Positions 26,622-40,624 of a DNA stretch of 64,000 nt are shown in pieces; the first letter of the stretch is position 1; each line of letters starts with the position of its first letter. Source of the stretch: Eledone cirrhosa (Eukaryota); the NCBI GenBank assembly GCA_964016885.1, contig OZ024742.1:97960001-98024000 (forward strand), written 5' to 3'. Made by a program: the position numbers and the translations under genes. The notes beneath the pieces were generated by a model, which made no database searches, was not told the origin of the DNA, and saw only the letters and a program-made list of their open reading frames with translations.

Positions 26622-28695
26622 GATATTAAATAAATGGAAACTATATTTATAAAACCATATTTATTACATTATATATATTTCAGGGATATCATATTAAAAA
26701 TATGGTATGCCTTCTTCAGACAAAATACAATATAAACAGTCTTATAAATAGATAGATTTGACATACCTTACAACTTCAACTTCCATTTAAAAAGTTGATT
26801 TGGTATTGAAAAATGTTAGGGACAGTTATAAAAAGAAAGAAAGAAAAAAGCGAAGAAAAAGAAGAAATGCATGCAACTAAACAGAGAGAGATAGATATAG
26901 AGAGATGGATAGAGAGAAGAAATTCATGTAAAGAAACAGAGAGAGATAGATAGAGAGAGAAAAAACACAGAGGGAGATAGATAGATAGAGAGAGAGAGAA
27001 GAGAGAGAGAGAGAGAAAAAATAGAGAGAGATAGATATAGATAGAGATAGAGAGAAAGAAAATAGGTAGTTGGGCACCAGTTGAATGACGTATCAATGAT
27101 ATATTTATTTATTTATTTATTTATTTAGTTCTAGTATTAAGGTAGAGAGAGATATATGTGGTTAGGAGAGAAAACAGCCGTTACATAGAGAGAAAAGAAA
27201 AATATCCAGAGATAAACGAGGCAGATTTAAAACATTATGTTTCATCAATCTAAAAATATCAATTCGTATGAATTAGGTATTATAATGTAAATATCAGTAT
27301 TCATGAATGAGACACGTATCAATAATGTGTGAAAAATAATGATCATATGTCTAGTTTAAAATTCCTAGGTTTATATCAGAACTGAGTTAAAAAACTGAGA
27401 TAAAAAAACTGAGATAAAAACTGAGATAAAAAACTTCAAAAAAAATTGAAATACATAAGTATATATGCACTTTCATGAAAAAAGAAAAAGAAAAAGAAAA
27501 AGAAAAAGAAAAAGAAAAAGAGAAAGAAAAAGAAAAAGAAAAAGAAAAAGAAAAAGAAAAAGAAAAAGAAAATAGAAGGTTATCCCAGATTCGATACTAT
27601 AGACTTCCATGTGAATTTACGTGATCAACTCTGCAAATTCCTATTTCACATGAAAACATTCTCATTGTGCTATAAAAATTCTAGTATACATATATGTGTA
27701 CATACACACAAATATATATAGAATCTACATTAATTTTAACAATACTATTCTTGTCTTTACTCTACATGATTATCGTTCAAGCATAAATAGACAACAGATA
27801 TCAATATATCAATAAAAATATTAAAAAATTAAAAAATATTAAAAATAAAACACAGTATGCCCCGCAAATCAACCACAGAGATCAACCCTTCAAAATTAAT
27901 TGACAATATATTGCCAAGTTCATTATAAGCATCAGAATCAAAAGCAAACAAAACCAAAATTATTTACCAAATCCTGTCTAGCAGAAATCATTCCAAAAGT
28001 TTAGGATACCCATTTGATCTACAGATGGTCTTATATTTATTATAGAAGTTTATCTAGTGTAAAATTTATTCGATATATTTGGAGCATCAGCTTTTAGGCT
28101 AGTTTAAATATTTATGAAGAATGTTAAAAAAAAAAAAGAAATCGAAAGATTTATCGGCGAGTTTCATAAATAATTATAAATAATAAGTAAATATACTACA
28201 TTTTAAATTTATATTTATATTTAAAAGTTGAGTTCAATCTATGTCTGCAGCAACTGAATAAATTTGTCCGTAAATTAAGGGAATTTTTAGATTTTAGTAT
28301 AAAGAATATCTCCTCCGCGCAGAGGTCACATGTCTCAGAGGATGAATTAAAAGGAATCCCTCTTGAGACTATATTCCAAGCCGTCGAATATCCAACGTTA
28401 TCATGCTTAAGTTGCCAGAGTAAGCCTGATAGTGATGTTGAAGATTTTTTGCTTGGATCTGTGAAAGAATTCTTGTGGTTATTATAGCGAAGTTTAAATT
28501 CTGTCGAGGTGGAACCAACATAGTTAAAAGAATTTAAGTCCGTTTTAACATTACAGTTGTATATTATATTTTTAACTAAGCAATTGTTATTTAACGGACA
28601 TTTAGATCTATCTCTACAGTTACATTTGTTTACTTGGATATTATTTATGCTATTATCGGTATTTTGGCTAGGTTTTAAATTCCTATTATTTATTC
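26620..28695 (-). mobile_element. Second copy of the 22272-25040 PLE (GIY-YIG, 3' UTR, pLTR), inverted
   Basis: Near-identical reverse complement of 23027-25040. The C-terminal part of ORF 28196-28852 encodes the GIY-YIG domain. Both ends lie in (TA)n. Confidence 0.92.
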
Positions 28696-28725
28696 TATAT
28701 ATATATATATGTGTGTGTGTGTTTG

Positions 28726-28822
<97 letters not shown>

Positions 28823-29271
28823 ATAATAATAAATTTGAAGACTAAAATCCAAAGAAGGCTCGATAAGGATAAATATATATCAAATATATAAGAACGGTAG
28901 AGCAAATATTTATTAAAATAACATATTAGAGTTTAAGCAAAGAATCGATGCAGAATCTTCTGAAACTAAAAATATCGTATTATCTTCATTTTTTTCCGTT
29001 CTTAGCCAGGGAACGTTTCCACGAACCAAAGTATCGTGTTCCTGTCTTCCCCAGGTTGCAACGTTTTTCGAAATATTTACTTCTGCGTTCACAGATTGAT
29101 ATGTCTAGTTTTACAAGACACCGTTAAGGGTGAAAGCAGCGATTCTTTGTTTAAACTTTAATCTCCTCATTTCGGTACCACCTCCAATAATACAGTGAGT
29201 CACATACACACTATATATATATATATATATGTGTGTGTGCGTGTGGGTGTGCGTGTGTGTGTTTATATATA

Positions 29272-29620
29272 TACCAGCTGACGTACCCAGCTTCGCCCGA
29301 GTAAACAGATGATAAGAGAAGACAAGTAAAAGAGAAAATGACTGTATTGGATGTTTGTCTGGTCACAGTATGAGGTGAGTCCGTGGTGTCTGTGTGATAC
29401 AAAGACCAGTAAAAAAAATCTTCCAGATATACCAGATTCTTCGCTGTACCGTTTGTGCATAGAATATGAACAATTCTAGGTACTCTCACCTAGAATAGTG
29501 ACCTCTAGAAGATGGTTCATCTTCTGTCTGACTGAAAAACGTGTATCATTGCATAGACGTGGTTGTTCCACGTTTCTCAAAAGGATGATGGAAGTTCCAA
29601 TCTTTTATATTATATGTAGA
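29272..29620 (-). mobile_element. Possible non-autonomous Helitron-like element
   Basis: Minus strand ends CTCGGGCGAAGCTGGGTACGTCAGCTGGT: a short GC hairpin followed by a CTAGT-like terminus. Confidence 0.35.
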
Positions 29621-30455
29621 TATAGATATAGATAATTAATATAAAAGATGTCCGTCAATGTAAAAAAGGTCCCTATTTACTCCCTTCACAACTCTGTGTA
29701 TGTTAGACTGACAGACAGTCACACCGACAGATAAAATGCGTTGCGATTGTGGGATACGCACGTACACACACATACACGCATGGTAACGCGCACACGCACG
29801 CAAACTTACACACGCACCCGTGCACTTACACTGATGCACACACTCACACATGTTGATAGTTTTTACTTTCTGTGGTACGCTACACGCACGCACACACACA
29901 CACATAAACATACGTGCACGTACATACACACGCACATATATTAATAGTTATTGCTTTCCTTCCCTCTTATTTCCACACACACATCACACAAACACATGTC
30001 TCTACAGTGACACATATGCATAGTGTATCCAAACACAGCGTTCACTTTGCCTCTCTCTCACCTCTCATTTAAGTTTGGTGTCGTTGAGATGGGTGGAGTC
30101 GTTTGAAACCTATGAACCAATGATAATCGAGAATTATGACACACGGAATAATGACATTGTTGAAATTAATATATAGATATATAAATGAAATATTTCCGTC
30201 GGTCTCCCTTACCTGTTCATAATAATGTTTATATTATTTGATCTCAGTTATACCCCCCTTGTCCTTACTTACCCACTAAGTTTTTTAAGTATATTCACAT
30301 AAGGTTGTATGTGGGCGCATATGCAGACAGGCTTATGTGTACATACATATATACGTCTATTTAGTATATTATATGTATGCGTGTGTGGTGTGTGTGTATG
30401 TGTGTTCTTTATGCGTGTATATCTTTGGTATGTGTATATATATATATATATATAT

Positions 30456-32640
30456 AATGAAAAAAAGATGAAATCGAAAATGCAACTGGAGTCTTATTTA
30501 AAAAAAAATATATACATTTATTTGGTTCCTTTATCGGTTTCGCAGTTCTTCTGCTTTTCAAAAGTAGAGTTGAGATGGAGGGTCTGTGGTTTTTCTCACA
30601 TCTGGTTGGTCTCTGAATGTTACTTGTTTTATATGGAAAAAGTGGCTCGAAATGGCAGGTTTTTAGAGAAGTAATTTGACTGGTTGGTCAATAATTATAA
30701 TAAATTTCGCGCCAGTTCGCGTTACAAAGTTCTTCAAACAAGAGGGGGGGGGGGCACCGGTTGTTTTTTCATATAAGAGTGTTCGAATTTCTTTTTACTT
30801 AAAAAAGGGGCTCACGAAGGCCTAGCAAGACGAATTTGAACAATTGTCTCCAATTATGAAACGCGAAAGAAAATCTTCAAGAATTAAAGGAAAATCTACT
30901 CGAAAGAGAGTACACACCATTACTAATAAATAATGGAATAGAAAGGGCTAAAGCAATAGGCATTGATGAATTACGAAAATAGAAACAAATTCAAGAACAT
31001 CCCACTATTAAAACAAAACCCAAGAATGGAAAAAGCCCTTGAAACACACAAAATAAACAAAAGCAAAAGACAACCGAAATCACTGAAAACATTACTCACC
31101 AATGCTAAATTACCTACCACAAACACACAACCAACTGTCAAAAATGTGGTCGCTCTAATTGTGGAACCTGTACTCACCTCATTGCAGGCAACAAGTATAC
31201 ATTTAAATCAGGACAAAATTTTGTTGTTAAAAATCACTTCACTTGCTCATCAAAAAATCTAGTTTATGCTATTAAATGTAAATGATGCAATGAAGATTAT
31301 ATAGGACAAACTAAACTCACACTCAGAAACACAATGACAGTTCATCGCCAACAATTACGAGATCCAACCACGAGACAGATACCACTAAGGGCACATCTAG
31401 ACATATACGCAAGTAATAAGACCCAAATTCCAAGTCTTCCCATTTTACCTTTGCGCTAACAATACAACAGAACAAATACGAATAAATAAGGAACATATGT
31501 TTATTCAAAAATATAGTCCAGCATTAAATATGGTTTAATATACATTATGTCCAAACCATAACATGCTAACCATCCAAACAGACACTTTAGAAAATAAAAA
31601 CCCGAGCTGAATAAAACTTAACATACGTTTGCGCTGACAATACAACAGAACAAATACGAATAAGTAAGGAAAATATGTTCATTCAAACATATTCCTACTA
31701 AAGGAATACTTTTCCTACATACACACACACACACAATATATATATATATATATTCACTTCATCTTAACATGCTAACCATACTCCCACACACATAACAACC
31801 CCCATCCACACACACACAACTCCCTCCCCCATTTCTACTAATAGAATCACTTTCCTACACACATATATACACACACACAAAATATATATATTCTCTTCAT
31901 CTTAACATACTCCCACACACACACATAACACCCATATACACACACAACTCCCTCCCCCATTTCTACTAATAGAATCATCTTCCAATACACACACACACTC
32001 ACACACACACACGCACACAAATAAACATACACATCTTTACTTTCTTTACTTCAATAGAAAATCTGAATTCTGACACCCTAGCGAACTAACCATATCCATT
32101 GAACCAGAACAATTCTCCCATCCAATTTCTCTTGATCATTATCATTTTCTTGTCATAGAATTCTCTAAAAAGGCTACAGAATACATTTCCAAATAAGGGC
32201 GCAAAAATGTAATGAAAGCTTGTTCACGTAACAGCCATAATTTCATTTATAATCAATCAAATTACGTTTATTTAAAAAAAGCCTTCGTTAGCCCCTTTTT
32301 TTAAATAAAAAGAAATTCAAACACTCATATATGAAAAAAAAAACATGCCCCCCCCCCTGTTTGAAGAACTTTGTAACGCGAAATGGCGCGAAATTTATTA
32401 TAATTATTGACCAACCAATCAAATTACTTCTCTAAAAACCTGGCATTTCGAGCCACTTTTTTTCCATATAAAACAAGTGACATTTAGAGACCTACCAGAT
32501 GTGAGAAAAACCACAGACCCTCCATCTTAACTCTACTTTTAAAAAGCAGAAGAACTGCGAAACCGTTAAAGGAACCAAATAATATATATATATATTTTTA
32601 AATAAGACTCCAGTTGCATTTTCGATTTCATCTTTTCTTC
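30456..32640 (+). mobile_element. 5'-truncated PLE with ~360-bp inverted pLTRs
   Basis: 30456-30822 is the reverse complement of 32280-32640. Decayed coding 30822-31538 (KSKRQPKSLKTLLT, CGRSNCGTC, NLVYAIKC..DYIGQT..H). HHR-like motifs at 30529-30564 (-) and 32536-32571 (+, decayed). Confidence 0.88.
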
Positions 32641-32701
32641 TTTATACTTTCACTCATGTAGGACACCTCGGTTATTTTTCATTTTGTAAAAAAAACCTCA
32701 C

Positions 32702-32733
<32 letters not shown>

Positions 32734-32754
32734 GACCCTCCCAAAGTATAACAC

Positions 32755-32791
<37 letters not shown>

Positions 32792-32988
32792 ATATATACA
32801 TACCAACACACATATATATCCTAAAAATGATGAATTTTTTAGTATAACGAGCTGGTTCTTTGTTTTTATTCCCTGTTTTTATTAATTTATATATATATAT
32901 ATAAATTAATAAAAACAATGAATAAAAACAAGGAACAAGCTCCTTATATTAAAAAATTCATCATTTTTAGGATATATATGTGTGTTGG

Positions 32989-33045
<57 letters not shown>

Positions 33046-33279
33046 TTATACTTTGGGAGGGTCATTGTTGCCAATAAGAAACACACGCATCAGTTGCTTT
33101 CACTTCAATTTATTAAATAAATTTATAAATTTGGGAATTTATAAATTTCCGATTGGTTGGTTTGTTCCACAACCAGATGGTTGTTTATATATTGTCAAAG
33201 TTCTTTCGTCACACATTCTGTGACCTCTTCAGTGACTGGCGATTCTTTTCTTTGTTTTTTGTGCCTCTCCTTTGTTCTG

Positions 33280-36100
33280 ACACAAACAACAATAACAACA
33301 CATACAACAATAATAACATACACGGAGACAACAACATCAACAACACACATCAACAAAAGCACACATCAACAGCAACAACAACAACAACAACACACACACA
33401 TTCAATGCCTCTCACCACCACCACAATCTTAACAAACACACAGACACAGAAAACAGGTAATGACAGTAGCATTGAAATAAGGGAAGGTCATAGGATTGAA
33501 AGGAGAAGGGAGACTATAGACAGAGAAAATAACCAAGACGAACACACAGACACACATTATAGAGTCGATAATAACAATGAGCCAGAGGAAAGAGACAGGA
33601 GTAATAATGAGAGACATAGAAACAACCATGAGGATGTTGGTGGAAATAGAAATAGAAATAGAAACAACATAACTAACAAAAACAAAAGCACTAGTACACA
33701 TAAAGCAGCAACCTGGAACTCTACTTTTTATAATCCCTGCGATAAGTCGTTCGACCTGCGACGTGTCGACGTCACGACTTTAGCTTTTAACAAACGCACG
33801 CAATTGCCGTCGAAGGTCGATGAACAAACAGAAGCACAATTTAGTATAGCTAGATCTAAACTTAGAAATATTATAGAACATTATAGCAAGAAGCATAATA
33901 GAATGGAGGCCCAGCAACTGGGAGAAAAATCTGCAAATGGCTTGCGTAAGCTCATGCAGCACTCGCGTAATGGAGAGATAGCATGCTTTCCAACAGACAA
34001 GTCTGGCAGAATGTCGGTTGAGAGTCTGCCAATCTACATCCAGGCAATGCAACCCCACATCACTAACACAAGAGAAGTAACACCACAAGAGCATGAGGAT
34101 AGAGAAAAAGCCCTCAAATCCCATATGATGATGTGGACAAATATAATGCAAATATAATGCAGCCCAACAAAAGGACTGCCAACAACTTCCAGGCCTGGAA
34201 TAATGACGTGGCAGCGTTGTATGGGCTTCTAAAAGACCATAAAACGAGCAGTGACCCTGTCACAGGACCACCAACACGGCCAATCTGTGGAGCTAACATT
34301 GCTAGAAACTACAGACTGTCCTACTTCCTCTCCCTGATCATACGCCCCATGATTAAAATGTCCCCAGATGTATGTGACAGCACGGAGGACCTCCTCAGCA
34401 GAATCGGCGAGAGTAACCGATCTAGGTACCTAACAAACTGCATAATAGGTAGTATGGATGTTGTGTCCCTGTATCCATCTATTGACGTGGATTTTGCTGT
34501 GGAGAAATGAGTAGAAATGATCAGTGAGAGCAATGTTGAATTCCGTGGGATTGATACCAGTGAGCTGGGACTGCTACTTAAACTTACCTATAGTAATAAT
34601 TATCTAGACACATATGACCCTAGCAACCTGTTCCCTACAAGACCAGCAAGAGGAAGACCACCTACCATTACCTCAATGGCCAAGAAAACCCACACAGATA
34701 GACGGAACCCCGAAAACCACGATGAACTAAAGAAAATGATTGCACATGCGGTGGGGGCCAGCACAAAATTAACCCTTAAGGAACATATGTTCAAATTTAA
34801 TGGAAAAACATATGCCCAAGAGGAGGGAGCAGCCATTTGTGTTAACATTGCAGGCGACATAGCTAACCTATTCATGGTATGGGACAGTAGACTTAAACTT
34901 AAACTTAAAGAACAATTAGAAGACCCCTTAACCCTGATAATGTACTCCCGCTACGTTGATGATATAAACATCGTAGTTAAAACACCCCCACTAGAGAACA
35001 GTCAGGAATTAGAGAAAAACACAATGGAAAGCATCCAGCAAATAGCTAACTCCATCCACCAGAGTATTAGAGTTACTATAGACTACCCAAGAAAACACCC
35101 CAACCATCGATTACCGGTACTAGACACAGAGCTCTGGTTAGATACCATTAATAACAAAAAACAAATCCTCCATTCCCATTATGCCAAACCCATGACTTCC
35201 AAATATCTGATCCACCGAAACTCAGCTGTTTCGGACCATACCAAAATCAACGTACTGATTGCTGATTTGGTACGGGTGATGAGAAACGTGTCCCGCATGT
35301 GCATCCCCGAAGAAATAGAGAGACACATACAACACTTCATCCACCGTATACAGTTCTCTGGTTACAATCAGAGAGATGAAATCAGAGTGTATAGAGGAGC
35401 CAGAACCAAATGGGAAAAAATGGTAAATAATGACACAAATGGAACCTGCCCCGTGTATAGGAGCAAATTTTGGAATAGAATAGAAAGAACTAGGAATAAG
35501 GATAATAGAATAAACTCATGGTATCATAGCAATAAATACCAGAGTGTAATGTTCATCGATACAACCCCGAGAGGTGAATAAGATTACAAATTTAGAAGGG
35601 CCCTAGATTAAACATAAACTCAATATTAAGATAGTAGAAAGACCAGGTACCTCCATAAAAACACTTATTAGCAAGACATACCCTTTTCAAAGACCTCCCT
35701 GTATAAATAAGAAATGTATCATCTGTAAATTAAGCCCCCATATTAACTGTAAAACTAGAAATGTAGTATATAGCATAAGATGTACTGAAGGACAATGTAG
35801 AGATAAAAATATTGTGTACATAGGTGAGACAGCTCGTAGTATAGGGGAACGGATAAATGAACATTGGCGTGACCTTCAAGATAGTAAAGAATCATCTGTA
35901 CTCTACCAACATGCTAAAATAGAACATAAGGGTAAATTAGAGAACATAGAAATAAAAATAGAATCTACACACAGAAAAGACGCAATGTTTAGACAAATCA
36001 CAGAAGCAATAAACATAAAATAATTACAACCAAAATTAAATAGAAAACATGAGTGGAACAGCAACATCACAACTTACAATTAAGGATAAATAAAAACACA
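33280..36100 (+). pseudogene. PLE reverse transcriptase + GIY-YIG endonuclease, disrupted
   Basis: PTDKSGR, YGLLKDHK, PTRPICG, SMDVVSLYPSI, YAQEEGAAI, YSRYVDD, LPVLD, HYAKPM, NVVYSIRC..VYIGETARSIGERINEH, RQITEAINI. Frameshift near 34150; stops at 34508, 35579 and 36021. Confidence 0.93.
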
Positions 36101-36282
36101 CACGCACATAGAACAAACAACCAACCAGTAACATGTAAATAAACAAATAAATAAACGAATATAAACACACACACACCCGGATGTAACACATGCGCAAACT
36201 AAGCACACAACACACACATAAAAACAAGATGGCGTAGGACAGAACAAAGGAGAGGCACAAAAAACAAAGAAAAGAATCCCCA

Positions 36283-36325
36283 GTCACTGAAGAGGTTACA
36301 TAATGTGTGACGAAAGAACTTTGAC
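36283..36325 (+). ncRNA. Minimal hammerhead-like motif (family B)
   Basis: gtca-CTGAAGA-g-gttac...gtgac-GAAA-gaac-TT-tgac. Very short stem III and an extra G before stem II. Four copies, all in pLTR position. Confidence 0.5.
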
Positions 36326-36531
36326 AATATATAAACAACCATCTGGTTGTGGAACAAACCAACCAACCGGAAATTTATAAATTCCTAAATTTATAAATTT
36401 ATTATAATAAATTGAAGTGAAGGCAACTGGTGCGTGTGTTTCTTATTGGCAACATGACCCTCCCAAAGTATAACAATATCGGTTTCAACAGACGTTTTCA
36501 GATAAAGAATCTTGCTAAACAAATTCAGAAG

Positions 36532-36602
<71 letters not shown>

Positions 36603-37109
36603 CTTGCTAAACAAATTCAGAAACAATATATATATATATATATATTGTTTCTGAATTTGTTTAGCAAGATTCTTTATCTGAAAACGTGTGTTGAAACCGA
36701 TATTGTTATACTTTGGGAGGGTCATGTTGCCAATAAGAAACACACGCACCAGATGCTATATATATATTTATATGTGTGTGTGTGTGTGTGTGGGGGTATG
36801 TATATATAACTATATAGTATATATAACTATATAGTAGTATATATAACTATATAGTAGTTATAAATATTTATATTTATAACTGATTCAAAGCACTCGACAA
36901 GCTTCTGGAGTATAATATCATTTTTTCATTTTTTCATTTTTTGGTATCACCCCCTTTTTATACTCCCACCTGCGAGCGTGTGTGTATTTATTGTTTTTCT
37001 GCCTATATGTTTATGCACACACTCACGCACGTGTATGTATGTATGTGTGTGTGTGTGTGTGTATGTAAATGTATAGGTGTGTGTGTGTATATTTATGTAT
37101 ACATGTATG

Positions 37110-37190
<81 letters not shown>

Positions 37191-37504
37191 ACGTATATAT
37201 GTTTATGTATATATGTTTATATATATGTGTGTATGGATTTACGTATATGTTTATTTGTATGCGTGTGTTGATTTTATATTGCATGCGTGCGTACGTATGT
37301 ACTTTGGTTATGTACCTTTGAGATTCATCTATCTAATTTATTGTATGATTTTTTGTATGTGTATGTATATGGATGTGTGTGTATATGTATGTATGTATGT
37401 GTATATATATGTGTGTACATGTATATATATATGTGTGTGTATATGTATATGTATATGTATATGTATTTGTGTGTATATGTATATATATATGGTGTATATG
37501 TATA

Positions 37505-37609
<105 letters not shown>

Positions 37610-37840
37610 GTCTATATATATATTTATATTTATATATATACATATATGTGTGTGTGTTTGTATGTGTGTATGTGTATATATACATATGCATATATATATA
37701 TAGTAATAATAATAAATTTGAAGACTAAAATCCAAATTCGGTTAGTTTCAGAAGATCCCGTTAAGGGTGAAAGCAGCGATTCTTCGTTTAAACTGTAATC
37801 TGTTATTTTAATAAATAAATAAATAAATATATATACATAT

Positions 37841-38006
<166 letters not shown>

Positions 38007-38184
38007 ATATATACTTTAACTTTAATTATATCTCATAAAATAATACAACTGGTTTTTCCACATTATACATATTGTTAGCACCCCAGACACTTAAATTGGG
38101 TTTGTATTTAAATATAACCAAACGTTTGTCGAGTGAGATGGTTACCAGTCAGAGTTTAGCCTTAAACTATCTCTGTTATTGTAT

Positions 38185-38243
<59 letters not shown>

Positions 38244-38420
38244 GTATGTATATATATATATATGTTTAAATAAACGGTTGTTTTTCAATTATTTACATAT
38301 TCATTTGCATATTAACCCACAAGTTTAAAAAATCCCTACTACATTTCCACTATCCAGAGAATATCAAACTGATAAGGTATGATTTTCCTGGGTATGTCTC
38401 TATTTACAAAACAAACGTTG

Positions 38421-38483
38421 TATTTTATCTGAAGAAAGCGTACCAAAGTGTTTTGGTACCCTTGACATATATATAATAAAATA
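38421..38483 (+). ncRNA. Hammerhead relic (family C) in an isolated pLTR fragment (~38370-38620)
   Basis: tattttat-CTGAAGA-aag..gtaccaaa/tttggtac..ctt-GACA(mutated GAAA)-tatata-TA-ataaaata. Perfect 8-bp stem I. Confidence 0.6.
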
Positions 38484-38623
38484 AATATGGTTTTATAAAT
38501 ATATTTTCCATTTATTTAATATCATTGAATATTTACTCCATGAAACAGTTGAGTGCTCTAAATTAGTTATAAACATTTATATTTGTCTGATTTCCCACAA
38601 ATTAAATACCCCTTCTACTTATA

Positions 38624-38670
<47 letters not shown>

Positions 38671-38783
38671 GCATATTGTGTGTATTTGTTTATTTTTAAG
38701 TTGTTTGTATTTATTCCCCAACACACACCTTTCGTTGCCTGCACGTCCCTTTTTGACTTTATTTTGATTTTGTTTTTGATTTT

Positions 38784-38898
<115 letters not shown>

Positions 38899-40460
38899 TT
38901 AAAATATTAACAAATATAGATATTCGTGTGATCAAGTATATTTTATTATACATGTTTCAGAGGTACTGAGCTATCTTCAACAGTACGTCCCCATCAGATC
39001 AAATAAGATGATGCATGACATCCGCTGACTAAGTAGATAGTTAAAATTCAGTCATGGCAGTGAATAAGATATGATAAAACTCAATATTTATATACCTTAA
39101 GATTGAGACCTAAAATAAATACATAAACATACAGCGGGTGCGTGTGAGAGAGCTCATAAAGATACATAATAATAAACAACTACTAATATAATGAAAACTT
39201 ACATAACTGTTAGAGAGTTAAATAATTTAAATTATTGAAGAAAGAAGAAGTGAAAGACAGAGAGAGAAACAGGTGAGGAAAAAGAGAGTCACTAGAAGTA
39301 TAGAAATATCTTATGTACGAAAGCAAAAGAAAATTGATTAAGGATAGTAAGACGAGTAGAACATAATTTTTATAGTATAAAGCATAGGGAGGGAGATTTG
39401 TATTGTCGTGGATAAACAGGGTATAAATAGATGATGCAAAAATATATATTTGGGCATAGCTTTGTGAATGGATAATTTCGAATCTTTATGTTAGTTCAAA
39501 ATAGTGAATTAATCTAAAGGCATAATATTTCAGGCTATAAAATTCATAAGTATGATATTATAGTATAATAACATATTTAAAGTATTTGCAAACATGAGAA
39601 AGAAGAGACTTAATATTTTCTTCTTCCCGAAGGTAATGCAAATTAAGTTATATTAAAAAAATGTTATATTAAAGAGATTTTATATTAAAAAATAATCATT
39701 ATATAATTTAGAAAATAATTACAATTATAACTTTGAACATTTTAAATTAAAAATTAGAATGCCCTTAAGTATACAAAGGCCTTATAAGTATACTTAAAAA
39801 GGATTTTATTAAACAAGCTATACTCATTTGTCTAAAGTTATACAAAGAGTACATTGTTTAAAGTTTAAGACGATATTAGTCAGTTATATATAATATAATA
39901 AATATAATTACTGTTAATAGTGTTAAAAATAAAGTTTTACGTCAATTATTATATTAAAAATATTATTCAACTAGGATCATTTAACAGATATATACTATAA
40001 ATATACAAATCAAACTTCATGAATCATAAAACACAGATTCAAAATAAATAAATGGATGGTTTGCGATCCTATAAGTGTCAAATATATAAGCTATATAATT
40101 TAAAAATACAAGAACATTTTTAAGGATCTATATTATAGTATAATATCATATTTAAAGTGTCTGCAAACATGAGAAAGTAAAGACTTAAGATTTTCATCAA
40201 CCCGAAATAATCCAAATTTAATTATATTAAAAAAGATAAATTAAAAAATAATCATTATATAATTTAGAAAATAATTAACAATTATAACACTAGAATGTCC
40301 TTAAGATTCCAAGGCACTTATAAAGGTACCTAAAAGGATGTTATTAAACTAGATATACACATTTGTCTAAATATATACAGAGTATAATGTTTAAAGTTTA
40401 AGACGATTTAGTCAATTATATACATATAATAAATAATAAATACAATTACTGTTAATAATT

Positions 40461-40624
40461 GTTTCTAAGTTAGGCACAAAGCCAGCAATTACACAGTGTA
40501 TTACTGGTACTTCATTTTATCGACCCCGTACGCATGAAAGGCAAAGTTAACCTCGGTGGGATTTGAACTCAGAATGTGTCAAAGCATGGCGGCCGACGCT
40601 CTACCAATACTGCCAATCCACCAA
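40461..40624 (-). mobile_element. tRNA-derived SINE inserted in the left arm of the inverted PLE pair
   Basis: Family consensus as at 52322-52498; absent from the homologous right arm (~42070-42090). Confidence 0.8.

Larger units (their letters stand above)
33043..36535 (+). mobile_element. Near full-length PLE with inverted 5' pLTR and 3' pLTR
   Basis: 33043-33279 is the reverse complement of 36240-36478. RT and GIY-YIG lie between; both ends run into (TA)n. HHR-like motifs at 33194-33236 (-) and 36283-36325 (+). Confidence 0.93.

Noticed and set aside
31280-31290. In-frame TGA in KCK*C as selenocysteine
   Set aside because: The paralog at ~58379 has GGA (Gly); simple point mutation.
37741-37790. 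HHR-like shape CAGAAGA-tccc-gttaa-gggt-GAAA-gcagc-GA in the dispersed repeat (also 4835-4872, 29105-29145)
   Set aside because: Two core deviations (U4A, no U at 16.1) and no convincing stem I; not counted as a ribozyme.
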